A stretch of 61,473 nt of DNA, the filler included, from Candidatus Babelota bacterium (GTDB lineage: Bacteria > JAGOBX01), in the NCBI GenBank assembly GCA_017999075.1. It is 8 parts of 8 records of this genome, joined end to end, with 100 filler letters (N's around TTAATTAATTAA, not from the genome) between each part and the next. Parts side by side here need not be neighbours in the genome. Positions count along the whole stretch, not along the records: positions 56,414 to 61,473 come from JAGOBX010000302.1; 7 more parts are not named here. One strand, 5' to 3'. The notes under the pieces are model-generated. The model did not search any database, was not told the origin of the DNA, and worked only from the letters and a program-made list of their open reading frames with translations. Of this stretch, positions 59,701 through 61,473 are shown piece after piece. Each line of letters begins with the position of its first letter. The stretch's first letter is position 1. A program made the translations under genes and the position numbers.

Positions 59701-61473
59701 GTTATAATTAGAACCTGGTGCTGCACCGCTTTCTGAATCAGTTGCTTCATACCATTTTGAATCAGAGCTGTTCAAGTAATAAAATCTTAAAAAACTGTAA
59801 TCAGTAGTGATATTTTTCGAAGAATAATTAAATGTTATAACTGGGCTGTCTGAAAAATAACTTGATTGAACAGAACAAAACACAGAGTCGTAAACATCTA
59901 TTTTTAACATTGCATTTTCGCCATACCTATATGTTTTTATTTTAGAAGTATCTGTATAATTAATAAAATTTTGGCCAGGCGAACTCAGTACCACATAGCT
60001 TCCCGTATCAACAGGATTTATTAAAATTGACCAGCTGTCACTTTCAAAAAAATTTGATACTGTAATAAAAACCGAATCCGTATTATTAAGACTAATCGTA
60101 TAAGAACTGTCAGTTCCTATTATATTAGAAACATATATATTATAACTCGCAGTTTCATTTGCAGGACATATATAGTTAATATAATAATAGTTAACTATGA
60201 CTGTATCACTCGCAATAACAGCAGAGCCGCTTATCAAATTCACTGAAATAATATTAGTTCCTGAAACCAAAGATGCAGTATCAAATAACCATTCTTGATT
60301 GATTAAACTAAGTTCAAATGCCGAAGACTGCTGAATTCCATTTACATATAAAACAATTGTATCTCCTGATTTTGAATTAAACGATGTTCCGGAAACTCTA
60401 ATCATTTGAGAAAAAGTATCGATATTTGTTAAAGGAAATTTTATAGCAATTGAATATAATGTTTCAGATTCTGTATTATTATCAGGAACACCATTATTAT
60501 TTCTATCAATTTCAATAACTGCTATTTGCTGTTTCACCAATGCTGAATCAGGTATAAATTGATTTGATATATAAGAACCGTCTGTATTGCATAGCATTAC
60601 GTATACACCAATTTTTTTTCCATCTAAAGAAATATCGTTATATATTTCAGAAAATGGAATTGCGCATTCAAAAAATTGACCCGTTCCTGAAACCTGTGCT
60701 TTAGTTATCCAATCAAAATTATTGTATTTTGACTGGTTTTCAAATCTGCGTATTCCGCCGGTTTGCGAGGAACCGTTCCAGCCTGCAGCAAGTTCAGCGC
60801 CGAATCCGCCACCTCCCATATAACTCGAATTTATCCAATTTGATATTGAATTATCAGGATTTTCAGTATCATCAGATAACGATAAATAATGTTTAACTCC
60901 GGTATTAAAACCAAAATCTCTGTCTATATAACACAAGACATAATTATTCGACGGATCGTCAAATTTACCTGTCAAGCCAATATATAATGTGTCTGAATTA
61001 TAGGTTAAATATAAAGTATCCAGATTATTGTTTGATCCCCAGCTGCTTTCAGTTATACATGAATCAATTAATTCTGAACTGACAAAATCATTTATCCCGT
61101 CAATAACGATTGTATGATACGATGTTGCTATAGTTTTTGTACAGTATGAGATTTGAGTATCTGCAACAGTTAAAATTAAAGTTGAGGTATTATTATTAGC
61201 GGTCGAAACCGGAGATGCGGATGTAACAAAAATGCTATCGGCTCTTCCTCCTGTATCATATATATTATAAAATTCTATTTCAAAGTCAAGAATCCAGCCT
61301 GTATCCAAAGACTCTGTCCCATCAAAAAACTGCATAAACATCTGTTTTGAACTTAAATAATCTTTCAATTCAGTAACATCTATTACTATTCTGTTATTTG
61401 GAAATGGATGCGGTCCGCCATCCAAATATTGACTCATCTCATAAATATTTTTTACTTGTGCAGGGGTTAACGG
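56791..61473 (-). CDS. Very large secreted/surface protein, 5'-truncated: DOMON-like, Ig-like, starch/glycogen-binding CBM-like, FN3 and dockerin-like modules
   Basis: Frame open to the window end; VRGDWDGW..G.W......GRYEYKFVVNG..W..DP (CBM48/AMPK-like); FN3 L...T.YYY; C-terminal GDFFKDGYINAKD..DIDGDN. Confidence 0.75.
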   Translation of the reverse strand, partial: PLTPAQVKNIYEMSQYLDGGPHPFPNNRIVIDVTELKDYLSSKQMFMQFFDGTESLDTGWILDFEIEFYNIYDTGGRADSIFVTSASPVSTANNNTSTLILTVADTQISYCTKTIATSYHTIVIDGINDFVSSELIDSCITESSWGSNNNLDTLYLTYNSDTLYIGLTGKFDDPSNNYVLCYIDRDFGFNTGVKHYLSLSDDTENPDNSISNWINSSYMGGGGFGAELAAGWNGSSQTGGIRRFENQSKYNNFDWITKAQVSGTGQFFECAIPFSEIYNDISLDGKKIGVYVMLCNTDGSYISNQFIPDSALVKQQIAVIEIDRNNNGVPDNNTESETLYSIAIKFPLTNIDTFSQMIRVSGTSFNSKSGDTIVLYVNGIQQSSAFELSLINQEWLFDTASLVSGTNIISVNLISGSAVIASDTVIVNYYYINYICPANETASYNIYVSNIIGTDSSYTISLNNTDSVFITVSNFFESDSWSILINPVDTGSYVVLSSPGQNFINYTDTSKIKTYRYGENAMLKIDVYDSVFCSVQSSYFSDSPVITFNYSSKNITTDYSFLRFYYLNSSDSKWYEATDSESGAAPGSNYNLSMINSLLSIPVQHLSHWWIGAEYDSVTVLKGIDISQDTALAGDTFTAGSVFIIGDTIAGDTLILFKISNEGNLDSSSIDYISLYEDGNILGNYESLSDTFVGCLNLSGSSWVNDLLHYNFSNYDTGNYFVITVKTKTTTDSGSTFKLLLPEYSVKSFDEDSGPLIQITEFDTIIINTISGGASVSGPASISFTYPTTTPVKIDTSAVEITVGGTMSNAYPGYTVKIFVNNINCSTIILTLSDSVFFSCPVSLTTNPETNYISVYIDSGGGGINPDAWDTITVNCTSVRINFTVDMRGIYNVDTVYIGSSDLGISGWNQYQMSKIGTSSVYTCTFVLSKNTDVSYKFLYSSAGDTVYEYPYSNSYKYLFVHPHSQSYSNISVRGDWDGWVGSVNLTLDTDGYWRGSKLLNAGRYEYKFVVNGTDWYLDPYNPIGKNGNSYLGIDALPTTSALREISILQNDVIEYKNWEDTPLNFVGITVTPIDIDKIQVSWDTTLINKIEDAETVIIKYITAEDTMNILTAANVSVNTNVYVHSGLNNDSLYFYYIYVEDGSGNTGRFSELKYGRPLNMSTALIIADIGFDADTVEIGGDFNEWNYNNQLLKLSDGRWGCALSIASSVEYGYKLRVNRLIYEENAEHEFLYYDSTHSADSIYFRGEINSWELSDSYRLRKIEETDTWVIWLKGITDGMQYKFFIDGAWEPDPNRTVSNSSNSINRKLYLETSDTIEIDWSGRPNPPLNYNVYGYSDTSVLITFNANSDSDGFDSYIWKIYRTTERDSGYECKYTISSYDTFFIDSGLLPLTTYYYRITGMDSGIDSDWKLEGNFGTEDSGTTLSESFAYHISGIVDRQGNSIDSGINVLIYNGMETQSVVTGDTGYYSVTLHYHDTYVFKYFRTGYKEEIFVTYIDSDTILETVSLTAGDFFKDGYINAKDAAFLRKYYGNINQEYDIDGDNITGFHEKAFLKNNYFK

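Overview
This AT-rich bacterial window is eight unrelated contig pieces joined by seven artificial 100-nt N44-TTAATTAATTAA-N44 linkers, so gene neighbourhoods only hold within a piece. Gene content points to a flagellated, diderm (FlgH/FlgI, TonB-dependent receptor), probably anaerobic organism. Piece 1 (1-25069) carries a three-gene phosphorelay, flgF-G-A-H-I-J behind a sigma28-like promoter, an RsbW-GNAT fusion, cytochrome c maturation system II, a tandem-TrmO-UvrA fusion and two adjacent CHASE2 class III nucleotide cyclases. The other pieces carry: a KamA/two ATP-grasp/GNAT operon; surface-polysaccharide genes; a GxxExxY gene start with hairpin repeats, plus LOG and proC; a six-repeat bulb-lectin protein with a NarL/LuxR-type regulator; a four-subunit 2-oxoacid:ferredoxin oxidoreductase and parE/gyrB; a TonB receptor, Na/Pi cotransporter and flgC; and a very large carbohydrate-binding surface protein. 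The top finding is that the two cyclase paralogs have lost complementary catalytic residues: one keeps only K/T/N/R/KGK, the other only the two metal-binding Asp and the RIG Arg. This predicts an obligate heterodimeric, single-active-site bacterial adenylyl cyclase organised like the eukaryotic C1/C2 pair. Other candidates include a dispersed MITE-like repeat family and ANGGA-rich (CsrA-type) elements at both ends of the flagellar operon. All family calls come from motif recognition by eye; no searches were run.
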